Shown here one piece after another: positions 38,680 to 53,888 of a stretch of DNA of 64,000 nucleotides (its first letter is position 1; the number at the start of each line of letters is the position of its first letter). Origin of the DNA: Octopus sinensis (Eukaryota); assembly GCF_006345805.1 (NCBI RefSeq), contig NC_043000.1, forward strand, positions 42,470,001 to 42,534,000. The letters run 5' to 3'. The position numbers and the translations under genes were made by a program. Under the pieces are notes generated by a model. It was not told the DNA's origin. It worked only from the letters and a program-made list of their open reading frames with translations, and did no database searches.

Positions 38680-39445
38680 AAAGAACTTCAGCATGATGGA
38701 TCACATATTCACACTGACACAGTGGAGAGAAAGGAAAAATACCGGTTGCTCTTTCTGTTGACTACAAAAGGCCTTCGACAGTGCAGTACAATGAACCTCT
38801 TTAAAGAGGCAAATTCGGAATGCACTACGGACGTAGCCTTGTTATCACCACACGCTCATGTTTCGGTCGTGAAGGGAGTTAAATAAGGAGGTGCCATCTT
38901 TTGGAGTCTCTTCACAGCATGTCTCGGAATGGTCATTAGAAACATCGACTGGGACTGCAGCGTGAAAATCAATGGTGAGCTGCTCACCTACCTCTGGTTC
39001 GCAGATGACATTATGATCGTCGCCGAAAGTATAAGGCAGTTACAGACCATGCTGTAAGAGCTGCACACCAGAGGTTCGGCCTGTGGATTAATTGTGTGGG
39101 AACAAAATACATGCGGTCCGAAGACGTGGCAATCCGTCAAGGTGTTATTAGAGACAATGAAAGTGAGGAAGCAGACATTGATGTTTTTGCCAGTGAAACT
39201 ATAACCATGGAAAGCGACAGGATTAATGTGATTTCGCGGAGAATAACATTAGGCTGGAGTGCGTTCAACTTTGCGTGAGCGGAAGAGACCACTCGGAGGT
39301 GCTCCACTCAGATGGATTGACGATATAAAGAGTATAATGGGACCACAATGGAGAAGGGAATCAAGAGCGGAATGGCTTAAATGCTTTAGCCAACAGATTC
39401 AAAGCGACATCCGACAATCTGGCCGGTCAAGGTGATCAAGATGGT
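38680..39445 (+). pseudogene. RTE-clade LINE reverse transcriptase remnant with internal deletions
   Basis: MDHIFTL...VDY...KGVK*GG...LFTACL...KINGELLTYLWFADDIMIVAES...TKYM, and C-terminal KRPLGGAPLRWIDDI. Confidence 0.85.
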
Positions 39446-40431
39446 AAACACACATATATACATATGCATTTACACACATATGTATGTATGCATGCCGAAA
39501 CTGCAAAAATAAACTGGAACTCGACTGAGGAAAGAAAACTCCAAATGACCCGTCCTTGTTTTCTTTGATCGTCTATCTGGATGTTTTGTTCTCCCTTTCT
39601 TGTATCACCTAACTATCTGAATGTTTTGCGTTCTTGTCCCATTTTGTATTTATATATATATATTATATATATATATATACCTGGGTGTGTGTGTGTGCGT
39701 GCGTATATATATAAACACAAATGGCATATATAATTTACAGCTATTTCGCTAGAATTTTAATTAAAGCGGTCATAAAATATTACATCATAATATATCGTCT
39801 AGAACTATCAGGTAAAAATTTAAACCAGTAAGATTCTAAATATCGACCCGGACATAGCTAATATTTGATGTACTAGTGATTAATTTAAGGTTTACATTCG
39901 AATATACAGAAGAATTAGAGGATGTGGCTTAAAACAGGCAAATAAGAAACAAAGAGATCAGATAAATATACAGTCTAAATTCATTTATCTAAATAAGTTT
40001 ATGGTTTAACAATGACACCGAATAATCTAGCAAAAATCAATACACTTAACGGTGTATTGTAATGATTTGTAATTAACAAGTCATCAAAACCTTAGCAAAT
40101 TTATTTTATGATGTAATCTTTTATGACTGCATTAAATAAATGAAATTCTGCCGAAACAGATGTCGTAAATTTTAAACGCCGTTTGTGTTTACTTTTTATA
40201 CCTTTGCCACAAGGACCCCCCCCCCCTGAGTCGGTTCTATGGTCTAAACAGGAATTGGTACTTGCATATCTACTGTATCCTACCAAATGTTGATGTCTTC
40301 AATGATGTTTATTTCACCGTAAGTTCTATGTTATCGTACGTAGCCATTTCTGGCGTCCTACGTGCTGATATTCCTTGTTTCTTACAAAACACACATAACA
40401 AAATTATGTGTGTGTGTTTGTGTAGGTATAA

Positions 40432-40485
<54 letters not shown>

Positions 40486-42613
40486 CCACTAGTTTTAATT
40501 GATTAATATCAGTTTCTACCCTTATATCATATTAAATAAAAAATTTTCTCAACCGGTAAGTTGGTTCCTTATATTTATTAACTACAGAGTAATTTCCGAC
40601 CTCAGCGCGCCAAAGTGAAGGCATTTAAAAAAATACACCCAAATATAATTTGTAGAACGTTATACATAGTCGATTTCGGTTGAGCCTTCTGTGTCTGGTT
40701 CTGGAAATTGTGTTTTTTAAGCGACAGACTACGCTGATGACCTTGCAGATATCTGCCTGTCTCTATATAGGTAGATATTAACAAGTGAAACCAATGGTAC
40801 GTAGGTAATCGTTTTTATTTCGTATATTTTCATTTGTCTTGCTCATTTTTACATTTTGGCGTTTTACTGACAATTGTTCTTGAGAACACATTCTTCGTGG
40901 TAATGCCGATTTGATGTCTATGTTTAGCATATAGGGTGTCCACTTTAGTGGTCATTCCTCTTAATTTTTGTATATATATGTATACACACACACATATATA
41001 TGCGCGTGTGTGTGTGTGTTCTATTCATAAAAAGAAACAAAGGAATCTCTAGGATTGGAGGGTCAGCTACGAAAACATAGGCTTATCATTTTTCTTAAAT
41101 CCATACACTGCACGTACGTAGTTTTAGTTACCTGGAAGTTATCGGCAGCTCCTGGTGTTTGGTTCAATCAATCTATAATCTAAATTTATATTCGTACTGA
41201 CAAGAATGAATATCTGTCGTCTTCGTAGATGAATGTTCCATTTATTCGACCTCTACTCATTAAATTAACGTGTAACTGAGTATTTCACCCGTATCTTACC
41301 TTTTCACCTATTTCACAGGCCTAATCAACGTGTGGTGTTATGCGCGACATGGTCCTTTATATTACAGTCACAGTTCATCCGATGGGTTTCCAGGCAATAA
41401 ATACTCAATTTCACGGAGATGTTTATTGCGATGCGACCGTACGGGAAAAGATATTGCTCAAGAACCACGAAGCCGCAATCGAACCCCAAAACTTATAATT
41501 ACGAAGGAAATTTCTTAACTACATGTCTACATCTGCTTCTTTTCTGAGAGAATAGACTTTGAATTGCAAGCTGCAGGCACCAGAGAAATTGGTGACAGTT
41601 AATACTCATGTCGATATATTCGCCTATATATCGAAAATCACTTTATCTATAGAAAGCGTCGAAGTTTTCTATCCTCAAGGGTTTTTCAATACAATATATG
41701 CATGCTATAATCTGTATTTCGAGATGTACTATTCCAAAAAAATAACTATTTCACGTACTCACATAAATTTATGAACGTTTTCTGACATATTATGTATTGT
41801 GTGTGTGTGTGTGTGTGTTTTTTTTTTCTGTGTGTCTGTATGTTCTAACAACTTCTGTGGTCATATATAAGAAGTGATCGAATATGCTAAAAAGCAGAAT
41901 TAAGAGTCCTCCTACTCCCGCCACCAAAAGAAAATTTCTTTCGGTACATACTCAATTAGCAACCTGTCTCAGCTGACTTCGTTAAATTATTAGCAGGGTA
42001 ACAACTGAAGCTACTCTTCTATTCCGCCACCATATCTTCAGGCTTACGGTTATATTAGAAATAATAATAATTAATTATGTTTCTTGTTTCTTTATGTTTA
42101 TCATTATGTGGGTTTTGAAACAAAACATAAATGAGAATTTATAACTTTATAAGAAATATGAGAATATGTAGATTTATAGCTCCGAAGAAGGTTACAGAAC
42201 GAGATTATAAGCAGGAGCAAAAACAGAAAAAAAAAATGAACGAAATATAATGAAGGAAAAAGTAGGAAAAGAAGCGTGAATGCAAAATGTGAACAAAAAT
42301 AAGTATTGGTGAAAAAAAAAAAGTGGTGGTAATATATGCAACATCATCATATCTTATTCAACCATGATATGAATGTTGGGAGACAGTGCAATTGAGCAAT
42401 AAACTGAACTTGTATAGGCTGTTATGTAATAAACACAGATGAAAAGATATACACACACACACAGACATGAACACATACATATACACACGATCACAGAACT
42501 ACACATTAACATTTGTATGAATATTGATAAGTATTGATGTATGTATACAGGGTGTATATGTATGTGCGTACGTATATCAGTATGTGTATACATACACACA
42601 CACACGCACACAT

Positions 42614-42645
<32 letters not shown>

Positions 42646-42991
42646 TTATACATACATATATATATATATTCATATGCTTAAATATACGCATTCTGGTCAG
42701 TGATACAAATATATATACGCATATAAACGCATACATACGCATTAATATTTGTATGTACAAATCCCTTTGTATGTGTATTGGTGCAACATGGTCGGAAGTT
42801 TAAGAAGTTCACTTCGCAATCACTGCAGTTCGATCCTACTACATTCCAACTTTGGGAACTCTAGAGGATATTAATGAGACTTCATATATACATACATACA
42901 TATATACATACATACATATATATATGTATACACACACACACATACACGCACAAACACACATACACAGATACATGCTCGTAGACCGATATGG

Positions 42992-43041
<50 letters not shown>

Positions 43042-43177
43042 TTAAAGAGTAAATATTCAGAAGTAAATATTTATATAGATATTATTATTGCTATTATTAT
43101 CTGCGGTAATATAAATAGTTGATAATAACAACAACAATAATATAGGTGGTTACAAGCGTAAAATAGCATTGGATATC

Positions 43178-43401
43178 TCTCTCTTTCACTCTTTTACTTG
43201 TTTCAGTCATGTGACTGTGGCCATGCTGGAGCACCGCCTTTAGTCGAGCAAATCAACCCCATGACTTATTCTTTGTAAGCCTAGTACTTATTCTATCGGT
43301 TTCTTTAGCCGAGCCGCTAAGTTACGGGGGCGTAAACACACTATCATCGGTTGTCAAGTGATGTTGGGGGAACAAACAGGCACACAAACATATACACATA
43401 C

Positions 43402-43449
<48 letters not shown>

Positions 43450-44004
43450 TAGCAGTATCGCCCGGCGTTGCTCAGGTTTGTAAGGGAAATAACTATAAAG
43501 CATTTTTAGAGAGTTATAGCCCAAAAATAGCAAAAAAATGGAAAAAAAATGATGGTAAATTTTTTTTGAGAGTTTAAAAGGTGGAGTTGCGTCCCCTAGA
43601 CGGTCTGTGGTTTGGGTTTCTGATTCTCGACCCCATGTCGAATTTATCGATTTTTTTCAGAACTGGGGGAACTTTTCAAAATTTTCGCTGCGTTAGTTTT
43701 GAATTATGACATTGGGCTATGTGTGTGTCAAGTTTCATCAGAATCGGTTGAAAGCCGTGGTCAGAGTGAGGGTACGAGAAAACAGACACACAGAAAACGC
43801 ACAGACAAACTGCCGTTTATATATAGAGAGATATATATATACGACGGGCTTTCAGTTTCCATCTACCAAATCCACTCACAAGGCTTTGGTTGGCCCGAGG
43901 ATATAGTAGAAGGCACTTGCCGAAGATGCCACGCAGTGGGACTGAACCCGGAACCGTGTGGTTGGTAAGTAAGCTACTTACCACACAGCCACTCCTACGC
44001 CTAT
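43178..44004 (-). mobile_element. SINE family A interrupted by a HINE-like insertion
   Basis: 3' half at 43178-43405 and 5' half at 43840-44004 are collinear with other copies. Confidence 0.88.
43448..43832 (+). mobile_element. Helentron-associated (HINE/DINE-like) element nested in the SINE's (TA)n tract
   Basis: ACTAGCAGTATCGCCCGGCGTTGCTCAGG start; ...AAGTTTCATCAGAATCGG...ACAGACAAACTGCCGTTTATATATAGAGAGAT end. Confidence 0.75.
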
Positions 44005-44267
44005 AGAATTAAAATTTATATGAATCTTAAGGACGCACGAAGTACCTACCAGCTGGAAAGGAGACTTAAAACCCTTATTTAAACCACCAATAACACTGAA
44101 AAATAACACAGAAAATCAACAGTAGTCGGGCTAACGGGATAACACATTTTTAACGTACCTAATAACCTAATGGTATACATTTTGTTATCTGGATTTACTT
44201 GGATCATGATTTCTGGTTCTGGCGAAAAGCATTAGGTTATATAGGTATGTTAAAAATTCTTTAGCCC

Positions 44268-44306
<39 letters not shown>

Positions 44307-44370
44307 GGTCCCGGGTTGAGTTGGGTTAACCACAGTAAATAAGGTACACAATACATAGCAGAGTAAATTA

Positions 44371-44480
44371 ATTTATTTTATAGAAGGAGCTTCTACAGGA
44401 CTAGAACTATTTCATTCAAATGAAATCATTTGAATGAAACAGTTCTAGTCCTGTAGAAAGCTCCTATCTATAAAATAAAT
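44371..44480. repeat. Short palindrome, ~52-bp arms with 4-nt loop
   Basis: GGAGCTTCTACAGGACTAGAACTATTTCATTCAAATG-AAAT-CATTTGAATGAAACAGTTCTAGTCCTGTAGAAAGCTCC. Confidence 0.88.
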
Positions 44481-44493
44481 AAAATATATATAT

Positions 44494-44547
<54 letters not shown>

Positions 44548-44954
44548 GTGTCTGTGTCTGTGTATAAGCTCGTACACAAATCAGAGACGCACACACGGAG
44601 AACATGCACGTAGATACGGTTGAACACGTTTCACATTTTGGAAAGAAATATATAAAGAAGAGCAAAATGCCATACATATCCAAAAAGGACAAATTCTGAT
44701 AGGTCTGTCGAAACGTACGCACATCAACGATGAGGCTGCAAAAGCGACGAAAGGACGATGAAAAACCTGGAGATTGACTGATCAAATATATAAGTCAATT
44801 GTTTAATATGTTTACTATTTGAATAATAATATTAAAAAGAAGCAAATCGAAGCGATCTAAGTGTTTTTATTGGTAAAATATCCTTCTCATGATACAAAAA
44901 AAATCATCTGTTTGAATACAATGTGCCATGCCAGTCGTGCCGAAGAAATACAAA

Positions 44955-45140
44955 CCGATATATATATATATATATTATAAAATCCGTTCTGTCTGTCTGT
45001 TGTGTGTGTGTCTTCTAGGATCTCGAGCATCCTCCATCCGATTGCGCTCAAATTTGATATGTAGGTACCGACGGTATCAGGGCGTGTATAAGTCTTGAAA
45101 AAATTACAAAAAATTGATTCCAGGTGAGAATGCAATCGAT
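44955..45140 (-). mobile_element. 3' end of a HINE-like element
   Basis: Reverse complement reads ...AAATTTGAGCGCAATCGGATGG...ACACACAACAGACAGACAGAACGGATTTTATAATATATA, the same end style as 20474 and 43448. Confidence 0.55.
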
Positions 45141-45336
45141 GAAGTGGATAAAATCGTTTTTCTTTGGAATAGAAAAAAGTCTATCTTTATTTCTTTTGCT
45201 GGTGTCTCAAATTTAGGTTAAATCAGTGTTTCTGAAAGGGGAGGCCTATGGGACGGTCGGACAAGTTGTTTTGAGAAAATTTGGTTTAAATGTTTGGCAA
45301 CTCAGCACCGTCAATTCGACAGGGGGCGTTTTACTC

Positions 45337-45370
<34 letters not shown>

Positions 45371-46459
45371 TATATATATATACTATATATATATATATAT
45401 ATATATATACATACGTGTGTGAGTGTGTATGTATGTACGTGTGTGTGTATGTGTTTTACTGTGTCTATTTGTACTCAGTTCCAAAAACAAGACTGAAAAT
45501 TCCTGGAGTCTATCCGTTGTAAACCATCAAATTCTCCAAACCGACAAACATTAATCTTCTGGAGGAAGTGATTTTAGCGTGTATGACTTCATTGAAAATG
45601 CTCATTCTTGAGTTTAAGAATATGTAAATGCGATTACAAGCTGCTAAAAACATATGAAATATTCAAAGAGCATTAGAAAGTGGAAGATGTGAGTTGCATT
45701 ACTCCTTATGTTAACCACAAGGATATACACTATACATCAAAAGCAAGGCGCTATTTCTATGCATTTCTATGCATAACTCTAAAGAAAATTACGTAGGAAA
45801 TAACAATATTCGTAGCATAGGATTATGCATAAATAAAGACCCATGACAATCACACGTGACTGATGATGTATAAACATGACAACGGTTTGATGACAGAAAC
45901 GAAACGAGAGCAATGACAAAGAAAAAGGTAAAGCGATTATCATATGTATTATTTCATGTGGATTTGACTGTTAAGTTTAGTGATGAGGCAAATGCAAATT
46001 GTTTTTGACGGTCTGTGTTGTTTGGTATCTTTGTATCGAGAAAGAGATGTGAAATTTGAACGACCTGCATCAGTTATTACAGAATTTATGCCTACTTTTA
46101 CATTAATTTCTCGATAACTATCAAAGCTATATGTCTGTGTATGTATGTGTGTGTGTGTGCGTGCGTGTGTGTGTATACGTATGTAGAAATATAGATAGGT
46201 AGGTAAATAAATATATATTATATATATATATGTATATATATGCAATATATATATATATATTATATATATATATATATAAATCGATAGAAATATATATATA
46301 TAATATCTATATATATATATATAATCTATATATCTAATATATATAGATATATGTATATATGCGCGCGAGTGTGTGCATGCATGTGTGTGCGTATATATAC
46401 GTATACTCACGGCAATACATATATGTGTACAAAAACAAGTACATATGTATATATATATA

Positions 46460-46521
<62 letters not shown>

Positions 46522-47101
46522 GCATGTACATATACACATAAATAAATATACATACACAATGCGCATAGATGCATATGTGCTCACACACAGCGACAAGTAC
46601 GCATATATATGTGGGAACATACCTTCTAACATAGACACAGACACGCACAAACATACATACATATACATATTTATAAGTTCCATTGTATGGAATGAAGAAG
46701 GATGTTATCTTAGTGTGTAAAACAAACATCAGCAAAGCCAGAGTACAACTGATTTATGTGTCTTTTGAGTGTTGAAGCTTTAGAAACATAGTGTAATATT
46801 TCTTCTGCTTGGTCCCAGAAGACAAGAGCAATTTCAGATTGTAAATAAGCCAGTCATTAATGATGATACGCATAATTCTCAGCCTCCCCCAGTCCTCGTA
46901 CATATAGACATACTCGGTAATTTATTAATGTCTGCGGGATAATGAATAAGTCTTGTGTAGTTTTGCAGACAGGTCAGACAATTGACCTATGAACACGTTG
47001 TTATATTATATATATATATACATATATATGTGTGTGTATGTATGTATTTATGTTGTATATATGCATGTATATGTATGTATGCATAAACGTGTATATATAT
47101 A

Positions 47102-47152
<51 letters not shown>

Positions 47153-47926
47153 TGTAAGAATGTGTGCATGCGACCTTGTTTTGTGTGCGTGCTTATGTGT
47201 AGTGTTTATGACTGCTTATGTGTATGCGGAAGAATATGGCATCACACCTTCCATACTACAAAAGTTCGGATGTTAATTTTTATGAGATATACCAATGTTA
47301 GCATTACTATTTGCTGAATAAAGCCGTTCAGAGATCGCAAGCAAAATTCAAACATCTACCCACTCACAGAAAATCATACATACACACACAGACACATATT
47401 CATTGTACATAAATACGAATTTTGTAACGGGAAAGCTAGACTGTGACATCAATATTTTGGCTTTTTTGTCTTCATATATTGATTGGGGCGAGCAGCTTGA
47501 ACTTCGAAGTTACTGTAAAGTTTTAGCGTACAACATTCATAAATATATACTCTGCAAATAAGACTTGAGTAATCCTGTTTAAGATCAAACTATAGTTATA
47601 TATAATCGACATAAAAACAAGCATTATCATATTCATATACATACATATAAATACATACAGACATAAGTACACACACACTCATATGCATTTACATATTACA
47701 CGTAATATATGTATATGTATAATATATATATATATATATATATATATTATTATATATATATAATATATTTATATATTTATACAGGCATACAAACTCACAT
47801 ACTTACACATTATGCACACACACATATTTAATGGTTTGTAAATTTACGCCATTCTGAAAACAACGTGAAGACAGTGTGTAATTATTACTTTAAGTCTCAA
47901 TGAAAGAATGAAATAACTGGAAACCG

Positions 47927-47962
47927 CATTGAAGTTTCGAGCTTTGGCTCTTCTTCAGAAGG
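47927..47962 (-). ncRNA. Solo degenerate minimal hammerhead motif
   Basis: CCTT-CTGAAGA-A-GAGC(caaa)GCTC-GAAA-CT-TC^AATG. Core and stem II intact; the ACGT palindrome is mutated and stem I has one mismatch. Confidence 0.55.
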
Positions 47963-48031
47963 TTATTTTGAAAAAAGTTAGATGTACAGATGACGGAGAT
48001 GAACAGATAGTAATGATATATACATATAACA

Positions 48032-48133
<102 letters not shown>

Positions 48134-48154
48134 ATCTATCTATCTCTCTATCTC

Positions 48155-49340
<1,186 letters not shown>

Positions 49341-49394
49341 TATCTATCTATCAATTATCTGTCTGACTGTCTAGCTTATCAGACTTTCTTTTTA

Positions 49395-49690
49395 CTAGTC
49401 TCAGTCATTGCACTGTGGTCATGCTAGTGCATTGCCTTTGACTCCAGTTCTTTATTTTTTAGCCTGAGACATTCAATCGGTCACTTTTTGAGCATTACGG
49501 GCGTAAAGAGATCAATGTCGAATGTCAAGAGGTGGTGGGTGACTAACACAAACTAAATGGCACTCACAGACATTTTCATCAATCAAATCCACTCACAAAG
49601 CTTTGATTTCCCAAGTTTCTACGCAATAAGACTGAATCTGCAACCATGGGGTTGGGAAGCAAATTTCTTATCTATATACCCCGGCTGCGC
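49395..49690 (-). mobile_element. Old SINE family A copy
   Basis: CAGTCATTGCACTGTGGTCATGCT...AAATCCACTCACAAAGCTTTG. Confidence 0.6.
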
Positions 49691-49924
49691 TTATATATAA
49701 ATATATAACGCTTTCGCATATATCATATACGTGTCTTTAAAGCTAATAAAAAATGAATTATAGAAGGTATCGGAGTAATTATTAAAAAAAACATGGGACA
49801 TTTATTACAAAAAGTTTAAATAAGCATACAGAGAAGCTACTTTAAAATAAATGATACTTATGAAAATCTACGAGAAAGCCGAAAGTTATGACTCAGTACA
49901 TTGGTTTTCATGCAAAAGCTCAGC

Positions 49925-50540
49925 ATTGGTTGCAGTGATATCTTAGCAGTTGTTACTTTGACAAAGCCAGTAGTGGTTTAAATAATGCACATTGTTCCTG
50001 TCTGTAATATCATTGATCAGTGTTTGTAATGACAAAGTTCAGCTCAATGTTAGATATGTTCAACACATGAAGAGGTGGTTGTACTGACATAACTCAATAA
50101 TGTTTGTAATGAAACACCTCAACGTTGTTTTAATGATACATGTTAGTATTGATTGTGCTGTGATATTATGCAAGTGGTTGTTATAACATCTCAATGATAG
50201 CTGGTTATGACAAAGGTCAGTGATGGTTGCAATGAAATAGCTTCTGGATGGTTGTAATGACAAAAGCTTTCTTGTAGTCGTAATGAAACATTCATTGTTG
50301 AATGTAACGAGTTTTAGAAGCCTTTGTACTGACACTAATCTGTGGTGATTATAATAAAAGAGCTTAGGGGTAGTTGTGATGATAAACCTTTGGAGTGAAT
50401 ATCAATGAAACAAAATAGCAGTGGTTGCAATGGTTCATTTTACATACATAACAGTACTGGTTTTGTTGAAACAGCTAAATGGTGGTTGTAATAACATTAT
50501 TCTGTGATGGCTGTAATGACACACCTCCTCAGTGGTTGTC
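49925..50540. repeat. Degenerate minisatellite, ~27-29-bp period, core GTGGTTGTAATGACA
   Basis: Variants of (G/T)(G/T)TGTAATGA(C/A)A recur about 20 times. Confidence 0.7.
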
Positions 50541-51451
50541 AAGGCTCTTATCTTTGTAGGAGAAACATACTTCAAAATTGCCTATAATGAAATACGTCAG
50601 CAGTGATAAAAACTGACTCAGTCTCTTATATCTACTCCGGAGTTTCTGCTGCAAGCTAATTATTTTCTTGGCTCGTTTGTTCTTCCTGGCAGAGTTATAT
50701 ATTGTTTTTGTCTTCATTGAAGTTCATGAGGTGACATTGCCTTCTGTTTGTTAGACCTGTTTTTATTTGATCGAACCGCACTCTATTCGTTTGCTGTTGT
50801 ACTTTAGCTGTCAGCCATCTAGAGCTGGTTCCATAAATTTGGAGTAGCACACATTTTGAAATTCAAGGAAAAATTAAATGTAACAAACTTCATGTAGATA
50901 AAACACACGCTGAGCGGCAGATTCACTCTTTATTTTACTCTCAATAATGAATCCTTTCAGTATTTGTTTAGATCTAACTAGAAACACGCACGCCTACGTG
51001 CTCGCACATACACACATGCATGCTCACACACATGTATATCCTTCACTCAGATAAAATGTCCATCTCTTTTTAACTTTTCTCTTATTAAATATTCAATAAA
51101 TTACGCATGATCGTTGTGAGATAAAAGAACGAGAGTACATTACATGATGTCATCCAGCATTTCTGAACATCAAACATATATCTCTGCATAGGTTGGTATG
51201 GGCATATAGCGTCAGGTAGCAATGAAAATAATATTTAAAACATACAGAAAAGCATTATCTATTGGTGTTTAGCCCCAGTGCAGGCCTGTTCAAGCAGTTC
51301 AGTTTTCAACGCCATTTCAACAGTTATCTTCTTTTCTCTTCGTATCTTAAAAAAGTATAGGGCTGGATTTCAGTTGTTTTTACATGCTACAGAAAATGAG
51401 TCAGTGAAATGTATATACATACATACATACTTACATATGTATATATATATA

Positions 51452-51843
51452 TACTCTTTTACTCTTTTACTTGTTTCAGTCATTTGACTGCGGCCATGCT
51501 GGAGCACCGCCTTGTAGTCGAGTAAATCGACCCCAGGACTTATTCTTGTAAGCCTAGTACTTATTCTATCAGATTCTTTTGCTGAACTGCTAAGTTACGG
51601 GACGTAAACACACCACCATCGGTTGTCAAGCAATGGTGGGGGGACAAACATATACATATATACACATATATATACATATATACGACGGGTTTCTTCCAGT
51701 TTCCGTCTACCAAATCCACTCACAAGGCTTTGGTCGGCCCGAGGCTATAGTAGAAGACACTTGACCAAGGTGCCACACAGTGGGAATGAACCCGGAACCA
51801 TGTGGTTGGTAAGCAAGCTAGTTACCACACAGCCACTCCTGCG

Positions 51844-51847
<4 letters not shown>
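51452..51847 (-). mobile_element. SINE family A, full length
   Basis: Collinear with 6473-6887. Confidence 0.9.
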
Positions 51848-51896
<49 letters not shown>

Positions 51897-51910
51897 TATA
51901 TATATATGTA

Positions 51911-52270
<360 letters not shown>

Positions 52271-52272
52271 AC

Positions 52273-52317
<45 letters not shown>

Positions 52318-52559
52318 TTGTATATATATGCACGCACCGCACATAGATAAAACTCACACCCAGACACACATGTGTTTTCATATATATATATATATATATA
52401 TATGTTGTGTGTGTGTGTAGTCAGCTGTATATGTGTGTGTGTTATAATTTATGACTGCACTTAAGCATAGCGACACCAATAACTAGTTGCTATAGTGCGT
52501 AATATTAATAGTGATTGATATAAGAATGAAAGTTGCGTAATGACTTCATTAGCTTAAAA

Positions 52560-53500
52560 TTGCTTCAACTATATTGCATCCAGAACAGAGTGATCGTGCG
52601 ACATCTTATAGATTCTTCTGATCCATTAAAATGAAGTATACGTTTATTGCGGAAAGTATTTTATCGAAAAGAGTTGGTAAAATACTTAATAGTATACAAT
52701 GTAATCTAGTTTGCTTGTGGAAGTTCCTTCATATGAAGGTTGTGAAAGGCATGTGAGGACATTTGATGATGTAATATAACGATTCAAATCTCGCAAATAA
52801 GAAATGTGTTTTAATAAAAAAAATCTCTGCACTTGCACTGGATAAACTTTCTTATACGATTACTCTATGAAGCCACTAAAAATATCTACAAACCTTGCTT
52901 GAATGTGGGACTTAAAACTTTGATATGGCTGCACTAAATTTTCCTTACACATTTCTTACATCACTTGGACAATGGAAGACCTTTGCTGTAGCTATGAGGC
53001 TGTGAAGATATCGATTAGTCTTAGCAGAAGTATTTATAATGAGGTTATCAATTTCAACGTTAGCCATGTTTAGAGTATTTTAAGATAGTACTTTCATGCG
53101 TTTCGTCCTACCGGTATTTCTTGTGTGGATTTTAGATTTAGGCCTAGAATAATAGGAATTCATATGAGACTTTGGGCTAAGTACTAACCAGTTAAAATGT
53201 TTTATAATTTTTTTTCTGTCTGAGGCTGGTTTTAATTCCTTCGAGGCTAGGCTTAACAGAATATGACACTTTAATAGTCTTCCCTTTAAAAATTTCGTAA
53301 TATTTGTGATGAAAGTTGAAGGGCAGAATTTCCATTCAACAATTAATAACAGACGTTCGTAATTAACGTCTTAATATTATTTGCTAGCAGAGGATTATAT
53401 CAGCAGATTTGACGCTTCTTGCATATTTTACAACTTAGTTGGAACTTTTCCAGGTTCTGACTTTATACTCTCAACATCGACGCTCTAGGAATTAACATCT
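52560..53500 (-). pseudogene. Heavily degenerate Penelope-like element ORF (RT thumb/linker toward GIY-YIG)
   Basis: Minus strand *(W)YNPLLANNIKTLI (53361-53402) and PFNFHHKYYEIFKGKTIKVSYSVKPSLEGI (53233-53322) match the WFNPP...HxxxxIF...KVSYSC.PN linker of PLEs; possible KHISYLRD further 3'. Confidence 0.65.
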
Positions 53501-53843
53501 CTGTCTTTTGTTATTGTATTTTGATAATAACCGTTTTAGTTTTCAGCGACGCACCTAACGGATTTATGCCCTTTTATCCTTTTATTAGTGCTTGCTCATG
53601 TTTGTTCTACTATTGAGTACATTCTTCGTTACACACACACACACACACATTCATAGATATGTGTGTGCATGTATATGTATGTGTTTATCTATCTATATAT
53701 CTATCTATATAAACACGTATGTATATGGGTGTGAGTATATACACATAGATATGTATGTATATGTATCTCTCTATCTATATATGTGTATAAATATATGATA
53801 TATAATACATACATACACACACACACACATATATATATATATT

Positions 53844-53888
<45 letters not shown>

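Noticed and set aside
40728-40765. CTGATGA core candidate
   Set aside because: No GAAA/NUH partner; it reads DYADDLA and is better explained as a tiny reverse-transcriptase remnant.
42175-42212. CCGAAGA-A-GGTT..AAC-GAGA, possible decayed hammerhead
   Set aside because: Several core mismatches; cannot be supported.
44695-44722. CTGATAG...GAAACGTACGCA
   Set aside because: Core and cleavage triplet both wrong and stem II absent.
45853-45910. CTGATGA-TGT...ACA-GAAAC hammerhead-like stretch
   Set aside because: No NUH triplet or stem I after GAAAC.
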